Assembly: GCA_963828195.1 (NCBI GenBank)
Contig: CAWHDT010000007.1
Location: 128,001-192,000 of the forward strand
Direction of reading: 5' to 3'
DNA from: Candidatus Bathyarchaeota archaeon
GTDB taxonomy: Archaea > Thermoproteota > Bathyarchaeia > Bathyarchaeales > Bathycorpusculaceae
DNA: 64,000 nucleotides
Shown here: positions 37,587 to 47,348 of the stretch, piece after piece
Position numbering within the stretch: the first letter of the stretch is position 1
Layout of the letters: each line of letters starts with the position of its first letter
The notes under the pieces: model-generated
What the model was told of the DNA's origin: nothing
The model's database searches: none
The model's input: only the letters and a program-made list of their open reading frames with translations
Translations under genes and position numbers: made by a program

Positions 37587-38701
37587 GCGCATCCTACAGG
37601 CAGTGGCTAAACGGTAAACTTGCAAAGCTCCAAGCGATAGACTGCTATTCAGCGGGAGCCACTCCTGAAACCGTGGCGAAGCAAATCGGCGTTTCCCCCT
37701 CGGAGATTGTGAAGCTCAATTTTAACGAAAGCCTTTTTGTTGACAGGGATAAGCAGGCGGAGTTGATCGGGGAAGTGGCTCGCGAACTTGATTTGCGCCT
37801 GTACCCTGAGGATGAAGTGCCCAAGTTCTACCTCAAACTTTCAGGTTACATCGGAGCGCTCCCTGAATTCCTTGCGGTTGGCAACGGCAGCGATGAGCTG
37901 ATAGACCGCATCGTGAGGCTCTTTGTCGACGAGGGCGAAGTCATGGTGTCATTTGCGCCGACGTTTAGCATTCCTAAACTCTGCATAAAGAGGCAGAAAG
38001 GCGAATACATTACTGTGCCGCTTCGAAGCGACTTGCAGCTTGACGTTAAAGGGCTCATTTCAGAGTTCAGCAACAAAACAAGGCTGCTGTACCTTTGCTC
38101 GCCAAATAACCCAACATCCACCCAGTTCAAAGCGCAAGATGTGCAAGCCTTGGCCAGAGCCTTCCCAGGCATAGTCATCTTAGACGAGGCTTACGGCGAA
38201 TTCGCCGATTACTCGTTTGTTCCACAGATACAAGATTTCCCCAACATGATTATTCTGCGAACGTTCTCCAAAGCCTTCGGGTTGGCATCACTGCGGCTTG
38301 GCTACGCCGTGGCAAATCCGGAGTTAGCCAAAGCCCTCAACGAAAAGTCTCCGCTGCCTTACCCCGTTAGCGGCTTCACGCTGCGCATGGGCGCTAAAAT
38401 GCTTGATAACGTGGATTTGATGGAGAAAGCCGGCAGAGAACTCCTTGCTGAACGGGGAAAGCTGATAAAGGCACTGAACAAAATAAAGGGTGTGCAAGCC
38501 TTCGATTCGCAAGCCGACTTTGTGCTGATGAACACGCAGAAACCCGCGGACGAAGTAAACGAGAAACTGCTCCAACGCGGCATCATGCTCAAGAAATGGG
38601 GCAAAATCCTGCAGTACGAAAACTGCTTCCGAGTGACAGTGGGTTTGCCAGAAATGAACGCGAAACTAATTGAAGCGTTAAAGCAAATCGTAGGGGAATA
38701 G
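37583..38701 (+). CDS. hisC: Histidinol-phosphate aminotransferase
   Basis: GNGSDE, SPNNP, DEAYGEF and RTFSKAFGLA.LRLGY motifs. Confidence 0.93.
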   Translation: MSASYRQWLNGKLAKLQAIDCYSAGATPETVAKQIGVSPSEIVKLNFNESLFVDRDKQAELIGEVARELDLRLYPEDEVPKFYLKLSGYIGALPEFLAVGNGSDELIDRIVRLFVDEGEVMVSFAPTFSIPKLCIKRQKGEYITVPLRSDLQLDVKGLISEFSNKTRLLYLCSPNNPTSTQFKAQDVQALARAFPGIVILDEAYGEFADYSFVPQIQDFPNMIILRTFSKAFGLASLRLGYAVANPELAKALNEKSPLPYPVSGFTLRMGAKMLDNVDLMEKAGRELLAERGKLIKALNKIKGVQAFDSQADFVLMNTQKPADEVNEKLLQRGIMLKKWGKILQYENCFRVTVGLPEMNAKLIEALKQIVGE

Positions 38702-38702
38702 T

Positions 38703-39278
38703 ATGAGGACAGAAGAAGTTTACCGTAAAACAAAAGAAACTGAAGTGCAAGTGAAAGTGAATCTTGACGGCGAAGGAAAAATCTGCGTAGCCACAGGCGT
38801 GCCCTTCCTCGACCACATGATAGCCTCCTTAGCCACCCACAGCCTAATCGACATAACGGCGTCGGTGAAGGGCGATTTGGTGCACCACTCAGTGGAAGAC
38901 TTAGCCATAGGCTTAGGAGAAGCATTGAACAAGGCGTTGGGCACACGAGAGGGCATCACGCGTTTTGGCAATGCTGCCGCCCCAATGGATTGCTCGCTAG
39001 CTTTTGCAGCTGTGGATTTGGTGAAGCGCCCATACTTCAAAATTGACCTGAAGCTTAGGGGCAAAAAAGTGGAGAATATGCCGACCGAGGACATAGTGCA
39101 TTTCTTCGAATCCTTCGCCACCTCGCTTGGGTCAAACGTCCACGTCTACGTCGAGTACGGCAGCAACGACCACCACAAAGCAGAAGCAGCAGTGAAAGCC
39201 CTCGCCCTATCGCTGCGACAGGCAATAGCCATGGATCCAAGACGCAAAGGCGTACCCAGCTCCAAAGGTGCGATGTAG
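38703..39278 (+). CDS. hisB: Imidazoleglycerol-phosphate dehydratase
   Basis: R.TKET, FLDHM, HHSVED, NDHHKAEA and PSSKG motifs. Confidence 0.95.
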   Translation: MRTEEVYRKTKETEVQVKVNLDGEGKICVATGVPFLDHMIASLATHSLIDITASVKGDLVHHSVEDLAIGLGEALNKALGTREGITRFGNAAAPMDCSLAFAAVDLVKRPYFKIDLKLRGKKVENMPTEDIVHFFESFATSLGSNVHVYVEYGSNDHHKAEAAVKALALSLRQAIAMDPRRKGVPSSKGAM

Positions 39279-39884
39279 TTGGCAAAAGCAGTTATCTTTG
39301 ACTACGGCGTCGGCAACCTGCTCAGCCTGAAAACGGCGCTGGAAAAAGCGGGCTTAGAAGCGGAAATCGGCACTTCAGCAAAAGACTTAGCTGAGGCAGA
39401 CGCGATTGCCCTGCCGGGCGTCGGAGCCTTCACGCCAGCAGCATCAAAACTGGAGTCGGTCAAAGAAATCCTCGTTAAAAAAATTCAGAGTGGAACCCCA
39501 CTGCTCGGCATATGTCTGGGTTTGCAGCTTTTCTTTGAAAAAAGCGAAGAAGGACCGGGAAACGGCTTAGCTCTCTTCAGGGGCGAAACGGTTCAGTTGC
39601 CCCGCACAGTTAAGGTTCCGCATATGGGATGGAATACCCTGAACATTGTAAAACAAAACGAGCTCTTCGACGGCGTCGCTGAGGGCTCATTTGTTTACTT
39701 TGTGCATTCGCTCTACCCAGTGCCAGCAGACAAAAAAATAGTGGTGACGCAGACCGAATACGGAACAACATTCACCTCGGCAGTCGCCTGCAAAAACATC
39801 TACGGGACCCAGTTCCACCCCGAAAAATCAGGCGACCTAGGCCTGAAAATCCTCAGAAACTTCGCTAAGGCAGTGGTAAGGTGA
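39279..39884 (+). CDS. hisH: Imidazole glycerol phosphate synthase, glutaminase subunit
   Basis: DYG.GNL, LPGVG, GICLG.Q, PHMGWN and QFHPEKS motifs. Confidence 0.95.
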   Translation: MAKAVIFDYGVGNLLSLKTALEKAGLEAEIGTSAKDLAEADAIALPGVGAFTPAASKLESVKEILVKKIQSGTPLLGICLGLQLFFEKSEEGPGNGLALFRGETVQLPRTVKVPHMGWNTLNIVKQNELFDGVAEGSFVYFVHSLYPVPADKKIVVTQTEYGTTFTSAVACKNIYGTQFHPEKSGDLGLKILRNFAKAVVR

Positions 39885-39888
39885 CATA

Positions 39889-40617
39889 ATGCAGTTAATT
39901 CCAGCTATTGATTTGATGAGTGGGAAAATCGTGAGGTTATCGCGCGGAGAAGCAAAGACCGCTAAATTCTATGAAACCCAATTCGGAACGCCAGTTGAAG
40001 CGGCGAAACGTTGGCGGGACGAGGGCGCTGGCAAACTGCATATCATCGATTTAGATGCAGCCTTTGGAACCGGCAATAACCACGCAGTCATCGCCGAGGT
40101 TGCGAAAAACATCAAATTGCCAATTCAAGTCGGCGGCGGAATACGCAGCTATGAAACAGCGGAAAAACTCTTCCAAACAGGCATAACCCAAGTGATCCTT
40201 GGCGCGTTAGCGTTCAGCGACCCCGCGGCTATTGGCAAAATCCAGAGAAAATTCGGCTTCGACTCAGTAATTGTTGCTTTAGACAACAAGGAAGGGCTGA
40301 TTATGGTTGAGGGCTGGAAAACCGCAACTGCCATGACCGTGGACGAAGCACTTGAAAAATACACCGCCATGGGCGTACGCTACTTTTTAATAACTTCCAT
40401 CGCCCAAGACGGCATGCTTACGGGTCCAGACTTGCATACGCTCAGCCAAGCCACCCTGCATCCCAACGCCAAAATCATTGCAGCAGGCGGAATCGGCAGC
40501 ATCGGCGACTTGGCAGCTCTCAAAGACATCGGTGTGGAAGGCGCAGTCATCGGCAAAGCCCTTTATGAAGGCAAATTCACTCTAAAGGAAGCCATACAAA
40601 AGATAGGAGCCACATAG
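39889..40617 (+). CDS. hisA: ProFAR isomerase
   Basis: IPAIDL..G..VRL..G, HIIDLD, QVGGGIRS and DG.L.GP motifs. Confidence 0.95.
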   Translation: MQLIPAIDLMSGKIVRLSRGEAKTAKFYETQFGTPVEAAKRWRDEGAGKLHIIDLDAAFGTGNNHAVIAEVAKNIKLPIQVGGGIRSYETAEKLFQTGITQVILGALAFSDPAAIGKIQRKFGFDSVIVALDNKEGLIMVEGWKTATAMTVDEALEKYTAMGVRYFLITSIAQDGMLTGPDLHTLSQATLHPNAKIIAAGGIGSIGDLAALKDIGVEGAVIGKALYEGKFTLKEAIQKIGAT

Positions 40618-41421
40618 ATGCCGCTTGCAAAACGCATTGTGCCATGCCTCGATGTTGACCAGGGAAAAGTTGTGAAGTGCATAAACTTCCTCAACCCGAA
40701 GCGGGCTGGCGACCCAGTTGAATTGGCAAAACGCTACTCAGACGACGGCGCGGATGAACTGGTATTTCTGGACATAACCGCGTCTTCTGAAAAGCGGGAC
40801 ATTTTGCGCGGAGTTGTTGAAGGGGTCGCGAAAGCAATAAGCATCCCGTTCACCGTGGGCGGCGGAATACGCAACGTCGCTGATGCACGTCTGGTTTTGT
40901 GCAGCGGCGCCGACAAGGTTTCAGTCAACACCGCAGCCGTCGAAAACCCCAAGGTCATCACCGAGTTAGCTGACGTTTTCGGAAGGCAATGCGTCGTATG
41001 CGCCATTGATGCTAGAAGAAATGGCAGCGCTGTCGACGGCAAAACCATGGTTGACACTGCTGAGGGCAAAGTCTGGTTTGAAGTTGTCACTTACGGTGGG
41101 AGAAAACCCACAGGAATCGACGTTTTAGCTTGGGCGCTGCAGGCTGAGAACCTTGGGGCAGGCGAGTTTCTTGTGACCTCTATGGATAGAGACGGCACAA
41201 AAGACGGCTACGACATCGAGTTAACCCGCTCAATCTCCGAACGCGTAAACGTCCCAATCGTTGCAAGCGGCGGCGCCGGAGTTCCTAAGCACCTATTCGA
41301 CGTGTTGACTGAAGGAAAAGCCGATGCGGCGTTGGCAGCCTCCATTTTCCACTACAACCAGTACCCAATTCCTGTGGTGAAGGATTACCTACGGAAGATG
41401 GGGGTGACAATCAGACAATGA
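40618..41421 (+). CDS. hisF: Imidazole glycerol phosphate synthase, cyclase subunit
   Basis: [42 protein letters not shown] and ASGGAG motifs. Confidence 0.96.
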   Translation: MPLAKRIVPCLDVDQGKVVKCINFLNPKRAGDPVELAKRYSDDGADELVFLDITASSEKRDILRGVVEGVAKAISIPFTVGGGIRNVADARLVLCSGADKVSVNTAAVENPKVITELADVFGRQCVVCAIDARRNGSAVDGKTMVDTAEGKVWFEVVTYGGRKPTGIDVLAWALQAENLGAGEFLVTSMDRDGTKDGYDIELTRSISERVNVPIVASGGAGVPKHLFDVLTEGKADAALAASIFHYNQYPIPVVKDYLRKMGVTIRQ

Positions 41422-41768
41422 CAAATGCAGAAATGCTGGATAAGCTTGATTTCAAAAAAGGCAACGGGCTCATCCCAGTGGTTGTGCAAGATGCAAAAAC
41501 CAAAGAGGTTCTGATGCTGGCTTACGCGAACCGACAAGCCGTCGAACACACGCTGAAAACGGGCAAGGGCACGTATTGGAGCCGCTCACGCAATGAGCAG
41601 TGGGTTAAAGGAGAAACTTCGGGGCACACACAAAAAATCGTTTCCGTCTCTACAGATTGCGACTACGACGCGCTAATTTACGTCGTTGAGCAGACAGGTC
41701 CCGCCTGCCACACAGGACAATACAGCTGCTTCTACAACAAACTATTGGAAACACCCAAAAAACAATAA
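41418..41768 (+). CDS. hisI: Phosphoribosyl-AMP cyclohydrolase
   Basis: GLIP.VVQD, SRSR..W.KGETSG, DCD.D and ACHTG..SCF motifs; no HisE domain. Confidence 0.94.
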   Translation: MTNAEMLDKLDFKKGNGLIPVVVQDAKTKEVLMLAYANRQAVEHTLKTGKGTYWSRSRNEQWVKGETSGHTQKIVSVSTDCDYDALIYVVEQTGPACHTGQYSCFYNKLLETPKKQ

Positions 41769-41772
41769 TCTT

Positions 41773-42001
41773 TTAGCGTAGAATAAAATTTTTTCTAAAT
41801 TCTTTGCTTGATTCACGAATTGCTTCAAGATCCTCATCAGAAAGAAGCTGTCTTAGATCCTCGAAAGCTTTCTTACCTTTAAGCTGCTGCCCCTCGGTGC
41901 ACGTTTCGAGGAGAAATTCACCCCCAGGTCTTATTGCCCTTAGCAATTTCTAATTGCTTTTTAACTTCAGTAGGAAGCGAAATTGAAGTAAACTTAGCCA
42001 A
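41773..42001 (-). pseudogene. VapB-like antitoxin with a +1 frameshift in a G5 run
   Basis: MAKFTSISLPTEVKKQLEIAKGNKTWG / EFLLE...DLEAIRESSKEFRKNFILR*; the 229-nt span is 3n+1. Confidence 0.6.
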
Positions 42002-42112
42002 ATTTAAATGCCCGTCCTTAAGTATATTTTTCAAATAACCCTAAATGCTTTATTCAAATAATTCCTTCAAAATCAGAAAAGGGAAGTTTGCATAGTTCTC
42101 TAGTAATGATTT

Positions 42113-42263
42113 ATGGAGATTGAAGTTCAAAAGCTGCCCAAAGCTCTGCGAAAGAAGGGCATTGAGGTTAAGTTAGAAGAGATTTGCAAAGGAAGCGATG
42201 TTATTTTCCTGGAGGTCTTTGGGTCTTTTTTGGAGGCGAACAAAACAGGAAAAGCGACGTTGA
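42113..42263 (+). pseudogene. Truncated, frameshifted minimal nucleotidyltransferase (MntA-like)
   Basis: LEEICK..DVIFLEVFGSF / GGEQNRKSDVD, then the sequence breaks off. Confidence 0.6.
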
Positions 42264-42380
42264 TAATGTTAAAGACAATTTAAAGTGTGTGCTTGAAGGT
42301 CCATTTAGCATTTTAAATGGTGAAACGTTGAAGAAACTTTTATGTATTTTAAGTTAATATCATATTAATACGGTGATAAC

Positions 42381-42611
42381 ATGGTAAAAGCGATAATAAC
42401 GATAGACGAACGGACAAACCGAATCCTCAACATAGTTAAAGCCAAGTATGGTCTCAAAGATAAAAGCCAGGCGATAAACTTGATGGCACAACAATTTGAG
42501 GAATGCGTACTTGAGCCCGAGCTAAGACCGGAGTTCATAGAAAACCTAAAAGCCTCAGAAACAGAAAAAACTGTAAAAGTCAAAGACTTCGCCAGTAGAT
42601 ATTCCAAGTGA
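42381..42611 (+). CDS. Antitoxin (DUF2683-like)
   Basis: NRILNIVKAKYGLKDKSQAI and EPELRPEFI motifs; upstream of RelE. Confidence 0.75.
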   Translation: MVKAIITIDERTNRILNIVKAKYGLKDKSQAINLMAQQFEECVLEPELRPEFIENLKASETEKTVKVKDFASRYSK

Positions 42612-42615
42612 TTGC

Positions 42616-42876
42616 TTGTATTCCTTAGAAGTGGTTGAAAAAGTAGATAGAATATTCAAGAAACTGCGAAAGAAGGATTTGGCACAGTTTGAAGCGCTAT
42701 CTAAAAAGGCAAACGAGATTTTGGAAAATCCTCAGCAATTCAAACCTTTGCGAAGTCCTATGCAGCACATGCGCCGGGTCCATGTGGGTTCATTCGTTCT
42801 TGTGTATGACATAGACGAAGCAAGAAAGGTTGTCACGATAAGACGATATGAACATCATGATACTGTTTACAAATAG
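42616..42876 (+). CDS. RelE/ParE family toxin
   Basis: KL.KKD, ILENP..FKPL, RRVHVGSFVL.Y and HHD.VY motifs. Confidence 0.85.
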   Translation: MYSLEVVEKVDRIFKKLRKKDLAQFEALSKKANEILENPQQFKPLRSPMQHMRRVHVGSFVLVYDIDEARKVVTIRRYEHHDTVYK

Positions 42877-42984
42877 GTTTTTTCTAACTAAAGAAGAGCT
42901 AACATGCTTGGTAATGATAACGCTATCGAGGTTTTACCGCTGAAGGTCTTTATTTTAGCCTGCAGATGCCATAGAAACCGAGCC

Positions 42985-43015
42985 GTCGCAGGTTCAAATC
43001 CTGCTCTCCCAACCA
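42985..43015 (+). repeat. tRNA 3'-end-like fragment (T-arm plus CCA)
   Basis: GTC-GCAGG-TTCAAAT-CCTGC-TCTCCCA-ACCA with no 5' half. Confidence 0.65.
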
Positions 43016-43217
43016 ACTTACCATAGAGTAAAGCGCCTTTTTGGTTTTTAGCTTTAAGGTATTGATTTTTTTCTATGCTTTAGAGCATAACCAGCTTTTC
43101 CGATTTTCAATCTTTTTCTCAGAAATTTCATTGAAATCTCAGCTTAAAAAGCAAGCCAAAAAGATATTGAAAAATTCCCAGTCGCGCCCTTCCAACCTTG
43201 GCAAGCCCTTGTAGTAT

Positions 43218-44324
43218 ATGCTTTTAAAGAAAAAACCACTTATCTATTCTTGTGGAGTTGTTGAGATTATGTCACTTCATGAAGCAATGCTTTATGAGAA
43301 GCAAGAGGAAAACAAGGTTAAATGCTGTTTATGCGCCCGCCGATGCCTCATAAGCAATGATGCACGAGGCTTCTGTTTGGTGCGGGAAAACCAAGGCGGC
43401 ACGCTCTACACGCTCAATTACGGCAAAGCGGTGTCAGCGGGCGTTGACCCGATCAGCAAAAAGCCGCTGTCACATTTTAACCCAGGCGCGCTCGTCATGT
43501 CCGTTGCGGCGGCTGGCTGCAACTTCCGCTGTCAATTCTGCGACAACTGGATGATAAGCCAAGAAAAAGAAGTAGCGGGCAGACCTTTCCCGCCTGAGGA
43601 AGTTGTGAAGTCAGCGTTGAACGGAAACTGCCAAGGAATAAGCTACACGTACACTGAACCCACCATCTTCATGGAGTACGCCTACGACACGGCGAAACTT
43701 GCTCGTGAAGCAGGGTTGTTTAACACTTTCGTCACCAACGGGTACATGACTCCCGAAGCTGCAAAAACCATCTCGCCTCTTCTGGATGCGGCTACGGTTG
43801 ATTTTAAAGGCGGCGGCGACCCCGACTTCTACAAGTCAGTCATGGCGGTGCCCAACGTCGAGCATATTTATGAAACTCTAAAAGAGCTAAAGCTGGGCGG
43901 CGTCCACATAGAGATAACTAATCTTGTCGTCCCCAAAATCGGCGATTCAATGGATAGAATAAAACGTATGGCTGCGTGGATCAGAGACTATCTGGGCAAA
44001 GACACGCCGTTTCACCTGCTCCGTTTTCACCCAGACTACAAAATGACCACCATACCCGCCACCCCAGTCGTGGACATGGAGAGAGCATACATGACTGCCA
44101 AACACGAAGGATTAAACTACGTTTACATGGGCAACGTCCCAGGCCACCCCTCAGAAAACACCACCTGCCCAAACTGCAACGAAACCATAATCAAAAGAAA
44201 CAGCTTCGAAATAACCCAGTGGAAACTAACCCCTGACATGCGATGCCCCGTCTGCGGAACACAAATCCCCATAAAAGGCAAAGTATACCAAAACAACCTG
44301 CGATTCCCCTACTCACTATTTTAA
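43218..44324 (+). CDS. AmmeMemoRadiSam system radical SAM enzyme
   Basis: C.LC.RRC, DPI.KKPL.HF.PG, GCNFRCQFC.NW.ISQ, TY.EP, RFHP.Y and CP.C motifs; likely start ATG 43269. Confidence 0.9.
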   Translation: MLLKKKPLIYSCGVVEIMSLHEAMLYEKQEENKVKCCLCARRCLISNDARGFCLVRENQGGTLYTLNYGKAVSAGVDPISKKPLSHFNPGALVMSVAAAGCNFRCQFCDNWMISQEKEVAGRPFPPEEVVKSALNGNCQGISYTYTEPTIFMEYAYDTAKLAREAGLFNTFVTNGYMTPEAAKTISPLLDAATVDFKGGGDPDFYKSVMAVPNVEHIYETLKELKLGGVHIEITNLVVPKIGDSMDRIKRMAAWIRDYLGKDTPFHLLRFHPDYKMTTIPATPVVDMERAYMTAKHEGLNYVYMGNVPGHPSENTTCPNCNETIIKRNSFEITQWKLTPDMRCPVCGTQIPIKGKVYQNNLRFPYSLF

Positions 44325-44425
44325 GCACCAAGCAAGCACGCAGATTGGGGTTTTTTGGTCTTTCATTGTTTTTGAATTCTTATCTCTATATGCCGCTAAT
44401 TCTCTTCAGCGCTTGAGACTCTATT

Positions 44426-45400
44426 TTATCCAGAGGCGAGGTAAGTAACTGTGAACCCTGCGCCGTCAGGGGTAACATCAGAGACATCGGCTAGCTGCAC
44501 TTGAGGGCTTCTAGGTGTCATCGAAGAATACATAACTGTTTCACTCCACGGAAAACTACTAATTCCGCCAGTGCCAGCGCCGACAGTTGCAGAGCAGTTT
44601 GTGACAGTTACGTTCCCGAAATTAGCCAACTGCGAAGTTACCCCGTTCACAGAGGGCCTTTCAACTATCCATTCGGCGGACAACTGGCTCGAAGTGTAGT
44701 TAAACGTGTTCTGGAACGACTGATTGCTGGTAGCGTCAGTCACGTTGATGGTCCATTGGTTTGATGTACCGTTCACAAGCTGAATCGAAGCCTGCATCTG
44801 GTCGCCCGGCGAAACATCGATTGAGGTAATGGTGATTGAGGCGTTTGGAAAAAGCTCATACCAAGCAGAATACTCCGCTTGCCCACGGATTGAATCCTGC
44901 TCGGTGCCGCATTGAATAAGAGTGCTGTCGTTTTCAAAATGTCCTCCAATGCCAACCCAGACAGCCGAAAATGTTGGGTTTATCGAGGTCGTAAGGGTTG
45001 GAACTGCCCATGAGGCGTTGACGCTTGTTACGGTGGGCTGAGGGTTTTGCAGGTCGGAGGCTACGATGTAGCCTGCCCAGTTTAGGCTTTGGGTTATGTT
45101 AGTCGTTGGTATCGGAGTTGGGGTTGGGGTCGGTGAAGGAGTAGGCGTTGGAGTTGGGATTGGTGTGGGAAAAGGTGTGGCAGTTGGAATCGGAGTGGGG
45201 GAAGGTGAAGCGATTGGGGTCGGCGTTGGAGAAGGCGTAGCGGTTGGGCTTGGCGTGGGTGTAATCGAAGGTGATGGAGAGGGTTCTACACTGATTTTCA
45301 CTGGTCTCGATTGAAATGCGGCGTATGCTGCAAGAGCTATGAAAACAACAAGTACAACTATCAATGCGGCGAAAACCACTGCTAAAGTTTTTTCTTTCAA
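44426..45400 (-). CDS. Membrane-anchored glutamic peptidase G1 with a Pro/Thr linker
   Basis: N-terminal TM, (PT/PS)n linker, NWAGY, WVGIGG, LIQCGT, AWYE and SAEWIVE motifs. Confidence 0.85.
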   Translation of the reverse strand: MKEKTLAVVFAALIVVLVVFIALAAYAAFQSRPVKISVEPSPSPSITPTPSPTATPSPTPTPIASPSPTPIPTATPFPTPIPTPTPTPSPTPTPTPIPTTNITQSLNWAGYIVASDLQNPQPTVTSVNASWAVPTLTTSINPTFSAVWVGIGGHFENDSTLIQCGTEQDSIRGQAEYSAWYELFPNASITITSIDVSPGDQMQASIQLVNGTSNQWTINVTDATSNQSFQNTFNYTSSQLSAEWIVERPSVNGVTSQLANFGNVTVTNCSATVGAGTGGISSFPWSETVMYSSMTPRSPQVQLADVSDVTPDGAGFTVTYLASG

Positions 45401-45598
45401 AGCTGCAATCCTCAGGTGCCGTCTGATAATCGATTAAACTTTTTAACGCTCAGTTCCCTTAAAGCCTTAATCATTTGGTTATGTCTTCTAATCAGCTGTT
45501 ATCCGTAGAAGCTAAGTTTTGACTTAAGGCGCCTACAATACGAATTCGTTTAATAAATAAATTAAGCAAACCCTATTTTTTCCTTGACGAATTGATGA

Positions 45599-45626
45599 TG
45601 GCGGAACTGCTGGGATTTGAACCCGA
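45599..45626 (-). repeat. tRNA 3'-end-like fragment
   Basis: Minus strand TCGGGTTCAAATCCCAGCAGTTCCGCCA directly downstream of vapC. Confidence 0.55.
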
Positions 45627-45643
45627 ATTTTGAAAACACGAAA

Positions 45644-46036
45644 TTACCATTTTTCTGTCTTCAATTCTTTGACTCTCTTAAATGGGGAAATATTGCGTGT
45701 AACCAGCGTCAAACCGTTCTCCACAGCAATTGCAGCTATCATGGCGTCCCTGAAGTCTATTGCTTGTCCTTTGGTCACCAGTTTAGCGGAAATTTCAGCC
45801 GCCTTTCTCGAAGATGAAATGTCTAATGGAAAAACTGTTAGCCTCTCAAGCAGCTTGGAAGCTTGCTTTATGTTTTCTTCTTTTTTCGCCGATTTGTTTG
45901 AGCCAAAATATAGTTCGAATGCATTAACAGATGTTGTTGCTCCTTTAGATTCTTCATCTAAGGCTTCAACTATTGTTCGAGCTTCTTGCTTGCCACGCAA
46001 GATGGCAACAAGCAAGTCACTATCTAGACACTTCAT
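45644..46036 (-). CDS. vapC: VapC PIN-domain toxin
   Basis: CLDSD, TTS.NAFEL..G, D.MIAAIA and LVTRN motifs; start refined to ATG 46036. Confidence 0.9.
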   Translation of the reverse strand: MKCLDSDLLVAILRGKQEARTIVEALDEESKGATTSVNAFELYFGSNKSAKKEENIKQASKLLERLTVFPLDISSSRKAAEISAKLVTKGQAIDFRDAMIAAIAVENGLTLVTRNISPFKRVKELKTEKW

Positions 46037-46256
46037 TTGAGATTCTTTCCTGGATTGCGTGCCAGCCCTTGGAGAGTTCAATTTGAATTGTTTCTTCCTC
46101 TTGGTCAGTCATCTTCCAGGAGCCGAAGCAATCCGCGATTTTTCCAGACTTTTTGGTTATGCGCAGGATAGTATCTGTGAAGCTTTCTTTGTCTGCTTTC
46201 TCAAGGAGTAAGGCTTCGTACGCCTCATCTTTTATTGAAATGGTCTTGGTACCCAT
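46020..46256 (-). CDS. vapB: VapB (DUF217-like) antitoxin
   Basis: TKTISI.DEAYE.L..EK...ESFTD.I.R; overlaps vapC. Confidence 0.88.
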   Translation of the reverse strand: MGTKTISIKDEAYEALLLEKADKESFTDTILRITKKSGKIADCFGSWKMTDQEEETIQIELSKGWHAIQERISNEVSR

Positions 46257-46544
46257 GCTTCATGTATATGTACACGTACACAGATAAGCATTTTGAAATA
46301 AACCAGAACAGAATTGCAGTTCTGAGGGGTGCATTCAAGATTTAATTGCGGTGTACCGCTGAGAATAGACCTAAAAGAGGCAGAACGATCAGCTTGAAAT
46401 CGCAGTCATTGAAGAAAAAGTTGGAAAAGCCCGCAAAACGCTTCAGAATGAACGGCTAACTCGAATTGGGCTTCCGTCGAAATAAGGTGATTCCCAATGC
46501 TAAAGGTTTGCTAAAAAAAGTTGGGAATTGTTTTGTATTTTAGG

Positions 46545-47348
46545 TCAGAAGAGTTCGTCGCTTGCGTACAGAGGTTTTTTGCAGACAGGGCATACGTCTT
46601 CATTGATTTGAATGCTGCTTCCGCAGTGGGGGCATTTCTGGTTCTTTTTGTTTGCGTGAAGTCCCTGCATTTCCTTCATTATTTTTCCGTCTTTGAGCAG
46701 AAGCATTCGCTCTGTGTTGCGTGCAGCTTGACTATCATGAGTGACCATGATTATTGTGGTGCCTTGGGTGAGGTTGAGGTTGGCCAGTAACTTGATGATC
46801 CCCTGCTTATTCTCGCTGTCCAAGTTTCCTGTTGGCTCATCGGCAAGAACAATTGCAGGGTTATTTGCTAACGCGCGTGCAATCGCCACCCGTTGCTGCT
46901 CTCCAGCGCTGAGGCGTTGTGGTCTATGGTCTTCCCTGCCTGACAACCCAACCGTGCCAAGGAGCTCTTTCGCCCTGTCGCTTCTTTCCGCTTTAGATTT
47001 TCCAGCTGCAGCCATCGGCAACTCCACATTTTCCCTAGCATTCAAGTAGGGCAGTAGGTTGAAGCTTTGGAAGACGAAGCCTATTTTGTCTCTGCGAATC
47101 TTGTAGAGTTCAGACTCATGCAGGTTTGCGATGTCAACGTTGTCTAAGAGTACTTTGCCTTTAGTGGGTTTGTCAATGCAGCCTATTACGTTTAGCAATG
47201 TTGTTTTGCCTGAGCCAGACGGACCCATGATCGCCGCAAACTCACCCTTCTTAACCTTCAAGTTAAGGTTGGAGAGAGCTGGAACACTGCGTTTGCCAAG
47301 CATGTAGGTTCTCGATACACCCTCTAGATTTAGCACTAACTCACTCAT
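46545..47348 (-). CDS. ABC exporter ATPase (LolD/MacB-like) with a C-terminal Zn ribbon
   Basis: GPSGSGKT, LSAGEQQR, LADEPTGNLD and CPHC..CPVC motifs; start refined to ATG 47348. Confidence 0.9.
   Translation of the reverse strand: MSELVLNLEGVSRTYMLGKRSVPALSNLNLKVKKGEFAAIMGPSGSGKTTLLNVIGCIDKPTKGKVLLDNVDIANLHESELYKIRRDKIGFVFQSFNLLPYLNARENVELPMAAAGKSKAERSDRAKELLGTVGLSGREDHRPQRLSAGEQQRVAIARALANNPAIVLADEPTGNLDSENKQGIIKLLANLNLTQGTTIIMVTHDSQAARNTERMLLLKDGKIMKEMQGLHANKKNQKCPHCGSSIQINEDVCPVCKKPLYASDELF

Noticed and set aside
42985-43015. Complete or split tRNA gene
   Set aside because: No D-arm, anticodon arm or complementary leader visible; kept only as a fragment
45096-45314. (GV)n repeat ORF and apparent tandem DNA repeats
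   Set aside because: Antisense reading of the Pro/Thr linker of the G1 peptidase
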